DNA of 64,000 bases from an uncultured Gemmataceae bacterium (GTDB lineage: Bacteria; Planctomycetota; Planctomycetia; Gemmatales; Gemmataceae): positions 1,504,001 through 1,568,000 of the forward strand of contig CAVVPN010000003.1 of NCBI GenBank assembly GCA_963750165.1. Direction: 5' to 3'. A program made the translations under genes and the position numbers. The notes under the pieces are model-generated. The model did no database searches and had not been told where the DNA came from. It saw only the letters and a program-made list of their open reading frames with translations. Below, piece by piece: positions 1 through 9,231 of the stretch (the stretch's first letter is position 1; the number at the start of each line of letters is the position of its first letter).

Positions 1-106
1 CGCCCGGAAGCGCCACCTTACTCCGTTTACGGTTCTTCGAGGAACTGTACGTTTGTAAAGATACCTGATTTTGTGGGCCGAACAAGGTCAGCAGCGTGCG
101 CATCCT

Positions 107-214
107 GAGCGGGGTCGCGTCAGCGCCCCGTGCGCGTCAGCGCCCCGTGCGCGTTCCACGGGGCGCTGACGCGACCCGCTCGTTCACACACGGGGCGCTG
201 ACGCGACCCCGCTC
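107..214. repeat. REP-like inverted repeat cluster (GAGCGGGGTCGCGTCAGCGCCCCGTG and its complement)
   Basis: Two forward and two reverse copies of CGCGTCAGCGCCCCGTG; related hairpin at 53684-53753. Confidence 0.8.
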
Positions 215-248
215 GCCGAGCGCCGGTCGCGACTATAATGACGATGAT

Positions 249-1646
249 ATGCAACATTCTCTCTCCAATCTGGCTCGGCGCATGGCTACCGTTCGGCCTG
301 GCATCGTGCTGTCGCGCTGGGAGCTGGCGGCGGAAACGATCGCGGTCAAGATCCGCTGGTTCGGTCTGCTGTTCGGCTACGTCGTCGTCAATGTCGGCCC
401 TGACCCCCATGCGCACCGCGGCCTGCTCAACGCCATCCTCGCCCTGGGCGTCATCTACGCCGCGCTGGACACTGCGTACAGCCTGCGCGGTCAGGTCTTC
501 CTCGGTCGCTGGCCGCTGCTCATCTCCGGCATGGAGGCCCTGTTCATCGCCCTGCTGTGCCTCAACCACGGCGGCCTCGAAAGCGCCTTCCGTTACTATT
601 ATCTGCTGTCGTTGATCTGCTGCGCCATCCGTCAGCCGTCGCGCGTCACCTACGCCACCTGTGCGCTGCACTGCGCCAGTTTCAGCATGCTGTACCTGGT
701 CCTGCCGCCGGCGCAGCGGCAGCCGCTGCCGTTCCTGCTGACGCTGGTGCTGCTCGGTTGGGTCACCTGGGCCAGCGACGCGATGGCTCTGTTGCTCAAG
801 CGCGTCGGCGAACAGCTCGGCCGGCTCAACCGCGCCTTGCAGGAGAACCAGGCCCACCTGGAGGCCCGCATTGCCGAGCGCACCCGCGAGCTGCAGGAGG
901 CCCAGGCCCATGTGCTACACCAGGAGAAGATGGCGGCGTTCGGCCTGCTGGCGGCCGGCATCGCCCACGAGGTCGGCAACCCACTCACGTCCATCAGCGC
1001 CCTGGTGCAGCTGCTGCAGAAGCGCGATTGCGACGGCTATACGCAGGAAAAACTGACGCTGGTCAGCGGCCAGCTGCTGCGCATCCAGACGACGCTACGC
1101 GAACTGGTCAACTTCAGTCGGCCGGCCAGCACGGAGCGGGCGCGCGTCCACGTCAAGGACATCCTCGACGAGGCGCTGAGCGTCGCCAAGTATTACCGCG
1201 GCACCGCGGGGCGCAAGGGCCGCCGCACCGCGGACGGCCTGGACGGCGCCGCCGACAAGGGCCGCTGCCTGGAGGTGCAGGTTGCCGACGGCCTGCCGTG
1301 CCTGTGGGGCGTGCGCGACCAGCTGGTGCAGGTGTTCCTGAACCTGATCCTCAACGCCGTGGACGCGACGGCCCAGGGCGGCCGCATCGCGGTGACTGCC
1401 GACCTCCAGGGCGACGAGGTCCGCGTTGCGGTGCAGGACGACGGCGGCGGCATCACGGCCGCGGACCAGAAGCGGCTGTTTCAACCGTATTTCACGACGA
1501 AACGGCACGGCACCGGCCTGGGCCTGTTCGTGTCGCACAAGCTGGTGGCGGAGCACGGCGGCCGCATCGCCTTCACCTCGGAGCCCGGCCGCGGCACGAC
1601 CTTTGAAGTTTATTTGCCCGCGGAGGACGAGAAGATGACGGGGTGA
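249..1646 (+). CDS. Membrane sensor histidine kinase (NtrB/AtoS-like)
   Basis: N-terminal TM segments, H-box AHEVGNPL, N-box NLILNA, DDGGG, FQPYFTTK and GTGLGL motifs; start moved to ATG 249, downstream of the REP and a TATAAT. Confidence 0.92.
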   Translation: MQHSLSNLARRMATVRPGIVLSRWELAAETIAVKIRWFGLLFGYVVVNVGPDPHAHRGLLNAILALGVIYAALDTAYSLRGQVFLGRWPLLISGMEALFIALLCLNHGGLESAFRYYYLLSLICCAIRQPSRVTYATCALHCASFSMLYLVLPPAQRQPLPFLLTLVLLGWVTWASDAMALLLKRVGEQLGRLNRALQENQAHLEARIAERTRELQEAQAHVLHQEKMAAFGLLAAGIAHEVGNPLTSISALVQLLQKRDCDGYTQEKLTLVSGQLLRIQTTLRELVNFSRPASTERARVHVKDILDEALSVAKYYRGTAGRKGRRTADGLDGAADKGRCLEVQVADGLPCLWGVRDQLVQVFLNLILNAVDATAQGGRIAVTADLQGDEVRVAVQDDGGGITAADQKRLFQPYFTTKRHGTGLGLFVSHKLVAEHGGRIAFTSEPGRGTTFEVYLPAEDEKMTG

Positions 1647-1720
1647 GGGGGTGAGAGGGTGAGGGGGTGAAAGACAACTGCTCTTTCACCCCCTCACACC
1701 CTCCCCCCTCACCCCCTCAC
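1641..1720. repeat. Intergenic hairpin built from 8-bp GGGGTGAG units
   Basis: (GGGGTGAG)n followed by (CTCACCCC)n. Confidence 0.7.
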
Positions 1721-1733
1721 GCCCGTAAAAGAC

Positions 1734-3095
1734 ATGGCCCAACAGACCAAGACTGCAACGATACTGGTCGTCGATGACGAGCCGCTCATCCGCGCGACGC
1801 TCACGGAGTACCTCACGCAGGAGGGCCACCGCGTCACCGCCTGCGGTAGCGGCGAACAGGCCCTGCAACTGGCCGGTCAGCAGCCGTTCGACGTGGCCCT
1901 CTGCGACGTGCAGCTGCCCGGTATCGACGGCATCGAACTGCTGGAACGGTTACTGAAAATCAGCCCGCAGACGTTCGTGCTGCTGGTCACCGCCTTCGGC
2001 ACCGTCGATAACGCCGTGGAGGCGTTCCACCGCGGCGCCCATGATTACCTGATGAAGCCGATCCTGCTCGATGAGGTGCAGGGCAAGATCAAGCGACTGC
2101 TGGCCTACCGCGACCTGTTCCAGGAGAATCAGTGGTTGCGGCGCGAGCTGAACCGCGTGCATCATCCGGACGCCATCGTCGGCCGCGGCGCCGCCATGCA
2201 GCGCGTCTTCGAGGTGGTGCGCAAGGTGGCGCCGACGCGCTCCACCGTGCTGCTGGTCGGCGAGAGCGGCACCGGCAAGGAACTCATCGCCCGGGCGCTG
2301 CACGAGCAGAGCGGTGCCGCCGACGCCCGCTTCCTGCCGGTCAACTGCGCCGCCATCCCCAACGATTTGCTGGAAAATCAACTGTTCGGTCACCGCAAGG
2401 GCGCGTTTACCGGCGCCGACCGCGATCAGCCAGGCGTCTTCGTCCACGCCGGCGGCGGCACCGTCTTTCTGGACGAGATCGGCGAGTTGGCCCTGGCGAC
2501 GCAGGCGAAGCTGCTGCGGGTCATCGAGCAGAAGGAGATTTTCCCGGTCGGGGCCAATGAGCCGGTGGAGGTGGCGGCGCGCGTGCTGGCGGCGACCAAC
2601 AAGGACCTGGCCCGTGAGGTCGAGGCGGGCCGCTTCCGCGCCGATTTGTACTACCGGCTGAACGTCGTCACCATTCAGCTGCCGCCGCTGCGTGCGCGTC
2701 GTGAGGACATCCCCGACCTGGTGGATTTCCTGCTGGCCAAGCACGCGCGAGCGCTCGGCAAGCCGATCCGCGGCGTCGCGCACGAGGCGATGCAGTTGCT
2801 ACTGGCGTGTCCGTGGAAGGGCAACGTCCGCGAGCTGGACAACGCCCTGCAGCGGGCAGTCATCCTTGGCGAAGGCCCGGTCATCACCGCCGCGGATTTG
2901 CCGCCAGACCTGACCCCCGTGGCCGACGACCCGGCGCTGGTGGACGACCTCAACGAGGCGGTGACGCGCTTCGAGGCGCAGCACATCGCGCGTGTGCTGC
3001 GCCGCTTCCCCGACAAGAAGGAGGCCGCCAAACGGCTCAACGTCGCCCTCAGCTCGCTGTACCGCAAAATCGCCGACCTGAAGATTCAGGCGTGA
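1734..3095 (+). CDS. Sigma54-dependent response regulator (NtrC/AtoC family)
   Basis: Receiver domain (VVDDE...D..LPG), Walker A GESGTGKE, GAFTGA, FLDEIGE, WKGNVRELDN, C-terminal Fis-type HTH. Confidence 0.95.
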   Translation: MAQQTKTATILVVDDEPLIRATLTEYLTQEGHRVTACGSGEQALQLAGQQPFDVALCDVQLPGIDGIELLERLLKISPQTFVLLVTAFGTVDNAVEAFHRGAHDYLMKPILLDEVQGKIKRLLAYRDLFQENQWLRRELNRVHHPDAIVGRGAAMQRVFEVVRKVAPTRSTVLLVGESGTGKELIARALHEQSGAADARFLPVNCAAIPNDLLENQLFGHRKGAFTGADRDQPGVFVHAGGGTVFLDEIGELALATQAKLLRVIEQKEIFPVGANEPVEVAARVLAATNKDLAREVEAGRFRADLYYRLNVVTIQLPPLRARREDIPDLVDFLLAKHARALGKPIRGVAHEAMQLLLACPWKGNVRELDNALQRAVILGEGPVITAADLPPDLTPVADDPALVDDLNEAVTRFEAQHIARVLRRFPDKKEAAKRLNVALSSLYRKIADLKIQA

Positions 3096-3182
3096 CGGCT
3101 GGGGAAATTTTGCTGCATTTGCCGGGCCGCGCGAGTACAAAAGAAGTGAGTCTATCACGTTCCCACTTGTGCAGGTGCAGCC

Positions 3183-3962
3183 ATGCGTCCCGGTTGGTTC
3201 CTCACGATCCTGTTCGCCCTCGCGGCCCTGCTCCCCCTGACCGGTTGCGGCCTCACGGTCGTCCCCAGCGACCCGACCTTGCAGCCCATCGTGGCGGACC
3301 CCGCCATCGACCGGCAGCGCCCGGTGGACGCCGCCAAGTTGCTCAGTTGCTGGGTCTTCGAGCAGCGGGCGCTGGACGGCAAGACGTATTACTACACCTA
3401 CACGTTCCGGGCCGACCACACCCTGGTGCAAACCCGCGTGCTGAGCGACTTCATTCAATCGACCGTGGCGACCTACCGCTACGCTGACGGCGGCGTCACG
3501 ATCACCTGGCCCAACAACGGCGGCATCGAACAGGGGACGCTGAACTGGACCGCGGAGGGCCTGGCCACCTACCGCATCACGGCACACACGACCGACAAGT
3601 CGCAGGTGGGCATGTCGATGAAGATGAGTCGCATTCTGGCGGATGGCACCACTGCGGTCGTCACGCTGCGCAACCCGACCGCCGCGGCCATCGCGGTCGA
3701 GATGCGCTGGGTGAAGTCGGATCAAATCTGGACGCCGTGGCAGACGCGACAGGTGCCGGCAAACCAAAGTTGGGACTTCTGGCTGCACGGGGCCTACCAC
3801 TGCCAGGTTCGCTACAACGGCACGCCGAACGCCGGCCATACGCAGAAGTATTACGACGTGCCGGCCAATGTGGTGCCGCGCACCGACCAGCCTGGAGCCA
3901 ATGCCGGCCGCCGCTTCGCCTTCCAAAATCGTGGCGGCGTTCTGGAGTTGTTCGCGGATTAG
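3183..3962 (+). CDS. Hypothetical lipoprotein
   Basis: Signal peptide with lipobox LTGC; typical high-GC codon usage. Confidence 0.7.
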   Translation: MRPGWFLTILFALAALLPLTGCGLTVVPSDPTLQPIVADPAIDRQRPVDAAKLLSCWVFEQRALDGKTYYYTYTFRADHTLVQTRVLSDFIQSTVATYRYADGGVTITWPNNGGIEQGTLNWTAEGLATYRITAHTTDKSQVGMSMKMSRILADGTTAVVTLRNPTAAAIAVEMRWVKSDQIWTPWQTRQVPANQSWDFWLHGAYHCQVRYNGTPNAGHTQKYYDVPANVVPRTDQPGANAGRRFAFQNRGGVLELFAD

Positions 3963-4229
3963 CGCGGTTCGCACGCGGAGCGCGCCTGGGGTGGGACGGC
4001 TGGCACCGCTTGACCAGCAGGGGCCTGCGCTGTCGCAGCAAGGGTGCCAAGGGAGCCAACTTTTTCATACGTCGAGATTGGGCGCCCTTGCTCTGTGCGG
4101 CTGGCACGGCGCGACCACCCCTGGCGGTGGTTGCCACAGCAAGGGGGCCAACTTTTTCATACGTCGAGAATCGGCGCCTGGCAGCGCCGGCCTGCCGGTT
4201 GTGGTCCACGCGACTGCGAACCGCGCTAA
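3959..4229. mobile_element. MITE-like element copy 1
   Basis: Perfect 15-bp terminal inverted repeat TTAGCGCGGTTCGCA...TGCGAACCGCGCTAA; right end shared with copies at 6652 and 22910. Confidence 0.65.
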
Positions 4230-4243
4230 ACCGCCTCGTTTTC

Positions 4244-4305
4244 GTCGGAGCCCGAGCGTCGGCGCGGGGCAGCGCCAGCCCCCGCGCTGACGCTCGGGCT
4301 CCGAC
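4244..4305. repeat. REP-like hairpin
   Basis: GTCGGAGCCCGAGCGTC...GACGCTCGGGCTCCGAC palindrome. Confidence 0.7.
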
Positions 4306-4326
4306 CAGTTCAACCAATGAGTCGTC

Positions 4327-5253
4327 ATGGCGAGTGCCGAAATCGAAGACACGTTTGCCGAGGCCTTCCGCAGCATTTACGCGGAAGTGCTCATCACCGC
4401 CCGTGACCGCCACTGGCTGGACGCGGCCGTCAGTGCCGCGACCGGCAACGCCAGCAGCACCATCCTGTGCGACTGCGAGGCGGGCCTGGACCGCTACGTC
4501 GGCCCCGGCGGCGACGCCGCGTTCGCCACGCCGGACGGCCGGCCCGGCGCCGTCGTGCAGTTCCATGTGCCGCGCTTCCGCAAGGACCGCGTCGAGGCAC
4601 TGGAGCGGTCGTTGCTGGTGCGCCTCAGTCAGAACGTCTTGACGTGCCCGACCGCGGCGTGCTTCAACCTGCTGGACGAGCCGACGTACTTCAAACTGGG
4701 CCGCAAGATCGCGTTCTTCGGCGACGGCTATCAATTTCGGGCGGAGCGGTACGGGCGGCGGGTGTGGGTGGTGCCGATCCTGGGCGGCGAGTTCGTGCTG
4801 GACCGGCGCTTCGGCTACCGCGACGGCCTGATGGGCGGCAACCTGTGGCTGCTGGGCCGCGACGTGGACAGCGCCCTGGAGGCGGCGGCGCGCTGCGTGG
4901 CGGCGGTGCGTGCGGTGCCGGGCGTCATCATGCCGTTCCCCGGCGGCGTCGCGGGCAGCGGTTCCAGGGCGGGCAGCCGTTACAAGTTCTCGGTCGCCAG
5001 CACCTATGCGGAGTATTGCCCAACGCTGCGCGACCAGCTGGGCGAGCAATCGCGGCTGCCGGCGGGCGTCGGTTCGGTGATGGAAATCATCATCAATGGT
5101 CGCGACCTGCCGACGATCGCGCGAGCGACGCAGGCGGCCATCGCCGCGGCGGTGGAGACGCCAGGGCTGGTGAAGATTTCGGCGGGCAATTATGGTGGGC
5201 GGCTGGGCAAGAGTTTCATCTACCTGCGGTCGGAGCGGCAGCCGGCGTCGTGA
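4327..5253 (+). CDS. fhcD: Formylmethanofuran--tetrahydromethanopterin N-formyltransferase
   Basis: IEDTFAEAF N-terminus, CDCEAG, QNVLTCPT, FFGDG, PFPGG..SGS and ISAGNYGGRLG motifs of Ftr/FhcD. Confidence 0.93.
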   Translation: MASAEIEDTFAEAFRSIYAEVLITARDRHWLDAAVSAATGNASSTILCDCEAGLDRYVGPGGDAAFATPDGRPGAVVQFHVPRFRKDRVEALERSLLVRLSQNVLTCPTAACFNLLDEPTYFKLGRKIAFFGDGYQFRAERYGRRVWVVPILGGEFVLDRRFGYRDGLMGGNLWLLGRDVDSALEAAARCVAAVRAVPGVIMPFPGGVAGSGSRAGSRYKFSVASTYAEYCPTLRDQLGEQSRLPAGVGSVMEIIINGRDLPTIARATQAAIAAAVETPGLVKISAGNYGGRLGKSFIYLRSERQPAS

Positions 5254-5268
5254 TGGCCCTGCCCCACT

Positions 5269-6431
5269 TTAGCGCCGGACCTCCACGTACGGGTTGAGCC
5301 AGATGGCGTGGGCGAGCCCCAGGCCCTCCTCGGCATAGACGCGCAGCTCCAGCACATCGACGAAGTGGACATCCAGTTTAATCCAGCCCGCCCAGCCGTA
5401 GCCGCGAACCGACGTGGACCGCCAGATGACCTTGCCGTCGCCCATCACGACGAAGCGCGTGGGGCTCGGCTTCACCCGCGGGTCGTGGTCGCTGACGCCC
5501 ACCTCCACTTGCAGCCAGTCCGCGCGCTGGCCCAGGCGGTAGCAGACGCGCGTGTAGCCGAAGTCGTGCGGGTGCAGGCACAGCGACTTGGCGGTGGACT
5601 TGTCGAGGAAGTGGACGCGCTGGTGCGGGTGGCCGGGTGTGCCGAGGGCGCCGGCCTTGCCGAAGCCCCAGCCAGGGGAGCCCGGTTTGAAGGCGAACTC
5701 TTGCAAATCGCTCAGGTAGACCCTGGCACCGGGCTGCTGCAACCGGGGGTCCAGGCCGGGCACCTGGGCCGGCATGTCCGCCACCTCATATTGCTTCCAC
5801 CTGGTAAACGGATCGCCCAGGGCGCGCTCCTCCTGGGCCGGCAACTGGCCGCCGGTTTGTTGATAGACCACGAGCAGCAGGATACCCAGCAAGGCGGCGA
5901 TCATCAGGAAGAGGCCACAGGTGCGCAGGACGGAGCGGCCGGGCGCCGGCGGCCGGGCCACCACGTCCCTGGGCCGGGCGCACGGTCCTCGAAGAGAGCC
6001 ATCGTCTGGAGCCTGGTGGCGCCCTGTTGGTAGGCGCTGGCGCTCGGCGGGCCGCCGCCGAACCGATCCGGGTGGGCAAGTCGAAACAGCTCATCGTCCA
6101 GGTTCTGGGAACGGAACTGCGACGGCGGCGGCCCAGCCAGCATGAGGCCGAGGCCGATGAACACGACGGCGCACACGATGACCGTGCCGGCCTCCAGGGC
6201 GATGAGGGCGCCGTTGTTCGCCAGCGCCGACGGGTCTTCGCCGCGGGCGGCCATCTGCGCGCCCATGATGAAACCGATGCCAAACATCAGGGGAAAAGGC
6301 AACAGGGCGACGAGGCCGAGGCAGCGCGCCGCGGCGCCGTAGACGACGCGGTTCCTGGTCACGGTCAATTTGCCCGTCACCAGGGCGTACAGACCCGCGA
6401 TCAGCAGGCCGATTTCCATACCAATGATCAT
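5269..6431 (-). CDS. Membrane protein with C-terminal NPCBM/NEW2-like domain; split in two frames near 5970
   Basis: Overlapping ORFs 5904-6431 (TM helices) and 5269-5964 (YLSDLQ...GVSD...FVVMGDGK...LELRV...AIWLNP) look like one frameshifted gene. Confidence 0.6.
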
Positions 6432-6651
6432 GCCGGGTAGCTCTCCCAGGAGGGATGCTTGAAACGATAGCTAAGCTTATATCAAAAAATGCGAATGGGT
6501 CGGATTTTTACCGCGGCTGAGCGGTGACTCGAATGAGGCAAGCAGGAGGGAGAGGTGTGCCACTGCTTGGCCGCCCGGAGCGACCGGACGGAGGGGCTGG
6601 AGACGCAAAAGGGCGGCCAGGCAGTGGGCCTGCCCGGGAGCGGTGTCCGAT

Positions 6652-6925
6652 TTAGAGCCGTTCACACTTGGTTTGCGCACAGCCTGTGGGACGGCTCTCC
6701 AGAGCCGTCCTTGTCTCGGAGACGGCTCTGGAGAGCCGTCCTTGTCTCGGAGACGGCTCTGGAGAGCCGTCCTTGTCTCGGAGACGGCTCTGGAGAGCCG
6801 TCCTACGGGGCGTGATCCACGCGGCTGTGAACCGCTCTCGAGCGCGTTGCGTTCGGGTGTCGCGGGTTCTTCGCCCCTTCGGGGCGAAAGACACGACCGC
6901 TACAGTCGTCTGCGAACCGCTCTAA
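6652..6925. mobile_element. MITE-like element copy 2 with tandem REP array and a second right end
   Basis: Left TTAGAGCCGTTCACA; right ends GTGATCCACGCGGCTGTGAACCGCTCTC (ending about 6839) and TGCGAACCGCTCTAA (6911-6925). Confidence 0.55.
6690..6803. repeat. Tandem array of four palindromes, 31-bp period
   Basis: GACGGCTCT(GG/CC)AGAGCCGTCC joined by identical TTGTCTCGGA linkers; units start at 6690, 6721, 6752, 6783. Confidence 0.9.
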
Positions 6926-7067
6926 AAAGCGGGGCCCTTCCGTGCGACCCGTTGCCCTTTCATGCTTCAGTCCAACCGCGTCGCCACACGGGGTCGGTAA
7001 TCGGCTCGGCCACCACCCGTTGCAGCGGGGCGACGCGCGGCGGGGGAGAATTGTCCTTCGACATTAC

Positions 7068-7976
7068 TCACTCCTCCTGTGAGAGTTGATTCACGAGGTG
7101 GCGGCGCGGCCAGTAGCGCCAGGCCAGCGCCCCAAGGATGAACGCACCGCCGACAAACGTCGGCGTGTCCAGCGCCTCGGTCGCCGGCGACACCAGGAAC
7201 GCCCACAGCGGGTTGAAGAGCGGTTCCAGCAGCGTGATCGCCCCGGCCTCCTGGGCGCTGACGCTGCGCAGGCCGCGGGCCATCAGGTAGTACGCCAGTC
7301 CCATCTGCGCCGCCCCGAACAACACCAGCGTCGCCAGCTGCGGCCCCGTCGGCAACGGCAGTCCCACCACGAACGGCAGCAGCGCCAGCGCTCCGCCCAG
7401 GTGGTTCCACACCGTTAGCCAGCGCGACGAACAGTCGCGCAGCACGCGCAGGCACAGCAGCACGCCCGCGTAGGTCACGCCGCTGCCCAGGCCGAGCGCC
7501 ACCACCAGCAGGTCGCCCCCCTGCCAGCCGCCAACCGCGATGACGGCAATGCCCGTCAGCCCGATCAGCAGCGCCACGCTGCTGCGCCGATCCGCTGCCT
7601 CGCCGAGCAGCCAGATGCTGGCGACGTACATCCACATCGGCGCCGTGTATTGCAGGTAAATGGCCGTCGCCGCCTTGCCGAGCGTCATGGCGGAGATGAA
7701 CGTCGCGTTCATGGCGGTGAAGATCAGCAGCATCACCAGCATCATCGGCCGAAAACTGAGGTCGCCGCGGCGGACGGTGGGGGCCAGGGCCAGGCCGGCG
7801 AAGAAGCAGCGGAAAAAGGCGATCTGCAACGGCCGCAGAAGGGGGTCGTTCAGTTCGAGGGGGGTGTCCTTCGTGAGCAGTTTGGCAAAGCCGCCGCTGG
7901 TGCTCCACAACAGCGCCGCCGCGACGATGCACAGGCGGCCCTCGGTCGGCGACGGCGCGGCGGGAGGCGTGGTCAT
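7068..7976 (-). CDS. DMT/EamA family transporter
   Basis: About 10 TM helices; LWSTSG, LQYTAP and LLEPLFNPLW motifs. Confidence 0.9.
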   Translation of the reverse strand: MTTPPAAPSPTEGRLCIVAAALLWSTSGGFAKLLTKDTPLELNDPLLRPLQIAFFRCFFAGLALAPTVRRGDLSFRPMMLVMLLIFTAMNATFISAMTLGKAATAIYLQYTAPMWMYVASIWLLGEAADRRSSVALLIGLTGIAVIAVGGWQGGDLLVVALGLGSGVTYAGVLLCLRVLRDCSSRWLTVWNHLGGALALLPFVVGLPLPTGPQLATLVLFGAAQMGLAYYLMARGLRSVSAQEAGAITLLEPLFNPLWAFLVSPATEALDTPTFVGGAFILGALAWRYWPRRHLVNQLSQEE

Positions 7977-8164
7977 GGGGTTTACCCGGATTCGCGGTTC
8001 AGGAAGGACCGGGATGATTGTCGCGGTTCGCCAGGGAAAAACAACCCTCTGCGCCAGCGCCGCCGCGGATGCAAGCATTTTCTCGAATTTTTCTTTCGCC
8101 CTCCGCCAGGGCGCCGGCGTGGCAATTTCCGCAATATTTTCTGGTCTTGCAGAATCCGCCCGGC

Positions 8165-8222
8165 AGTATTATAAATCGATCTAATGCCATCAAGGATTGA
8201 TATTAGCAAACCTCTTGCTCTT
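8165..8222. promoter_or_regulatory. AT-rich divergent promoter region with possible LysR-binding dyad
   Basis: ATTATAAATCGATCTAAT imperfect dyad in an AT-rich stretch just upstream of the LysR gene. Confidence 0.35.
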
Positions 8223-8249
8223 GCCCGTTCCCCTGGATAGAGTACAGCC

Positions 8250-9224
8250 ATGCAATTTCAGTCGCTAAAAGTGTTCTGTGACGTGGCGCGGCTGCGCAGC
8301 TTTTCGCTGGCCGCCAAGGCGAACGGCGTCACGCAGTCGGCCGCCAGCCAGGCCGTCTCCACTTTGGAGGCCAAGGACCTGGGTGTGCAGCTCATCGACC
8401 GTTCCACACGGCCGCTGCAGCTGACCGCGCTGGGCCAGCAGTTCTACGAGGGCTGCACCGCCCTGCTCGACCAGTACGAGGAGTTGAAGGCGTCCATCCG
8501 CACCGCCCACGCTCAGGTGGCCGGCACCGTCCGCGTCGCCGCCATCTACTCCGTCAGCCTCAGCGACCTGGGCCAGCTCGTGCAGCGCTACAATGCCGAG
8601 CAGCCCGAGGTGAAGGTCCACCTCGAGTTCCTGCACCCCGACAAGGTCTACGAGCACGTGCTCACCGGCACCGCCGACATCGGCCTGGTGTCGTTCCCGC
8701 GCAAGCACGTCAAGCTCAGTTGCCAGCCCTGGCGCGAGGAGCCGATGGTGCTCGCCTGTACGCCCATCCATCCGTTGGCCCGCTTCCCTGGCGTCGTCGC
8801 CAGGCAACTGGCCGGCGAGAAGTACATCCACTTCGACCGCGATCTGCTCATCCGCCGTGAGATCGACCGCTTCCTGCGCGACCGCGGCGTCAGCGTCGAG
8901 GTGGTGCTCGAGTTCGACAACATCGAGAACATCAAGAAGGCCGTCGAGCTGGGCGCCGGCGTGGCGCTGCTGCCGGAGCCGACCCTGCGCCGCGAGGTCG
9001 ATAGCCAGACCCTGGTCGCCCGGCCGCTGCGCGATGGCGTGCTGGTGCGGCCGCTCGGCATCATCTACCGTCGCCATCACAAGCTCAGCAGCACCGCCGA
9101 GCGCTTCGTCCAGCTGCTGCGCGAGGCGGGCGGCCTTGGCGGTGCCGCCGAGACCAACGGCCACCCGAAGGCAAAACGGCCGCCGCGCGCCGCGCCGGCG
9201 CCGCCCGCACTTCCTGAAGGATGA
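8250..9224 (+). CDS. LysR family transcriptional regulator
   Basis: [17 protein letters not shown]...TQSAASQ HTH plus substrate-binding domain; ends 7 bp before gltB. Confidence 0.93.
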   Translation: MQFQSLKVFCDVARLRSFSLAAKANGVTQSAASQAVSTLEAKDLGVQLIDRSTRPLQLTALGQQFYEGCTALLDQYEELKASIRTAHAQVAGTVRVAAIYSVSLSDLGQLVQRYNAEQPEVKVHLEFLHPDKVYEHVLTGTADIGLVSFPRKHVKLSCQPWREEPMVLACTPIHPLARFPGVVARQLAGEKYIHFDRDLLIRREIDRFLRDRGVSVEVVLEFDNIENIKKAVELGAGVALLPEPTLRREVDSQTLVARPLRDGVLVRPLGIIYRRHHKLSSTAERFVQLLREAGGLGGAAETNGHPKAKRPPRAAPAPPALPEG

Positions 9225-9231
9225 CTCTCCC

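Noticed and set aside
6690..6803. CRISPR array
   Set aside because: Linkers are identical 10-mers, not unique spacers; no cas genes; the same palindrome occurs elsewhere as a REP
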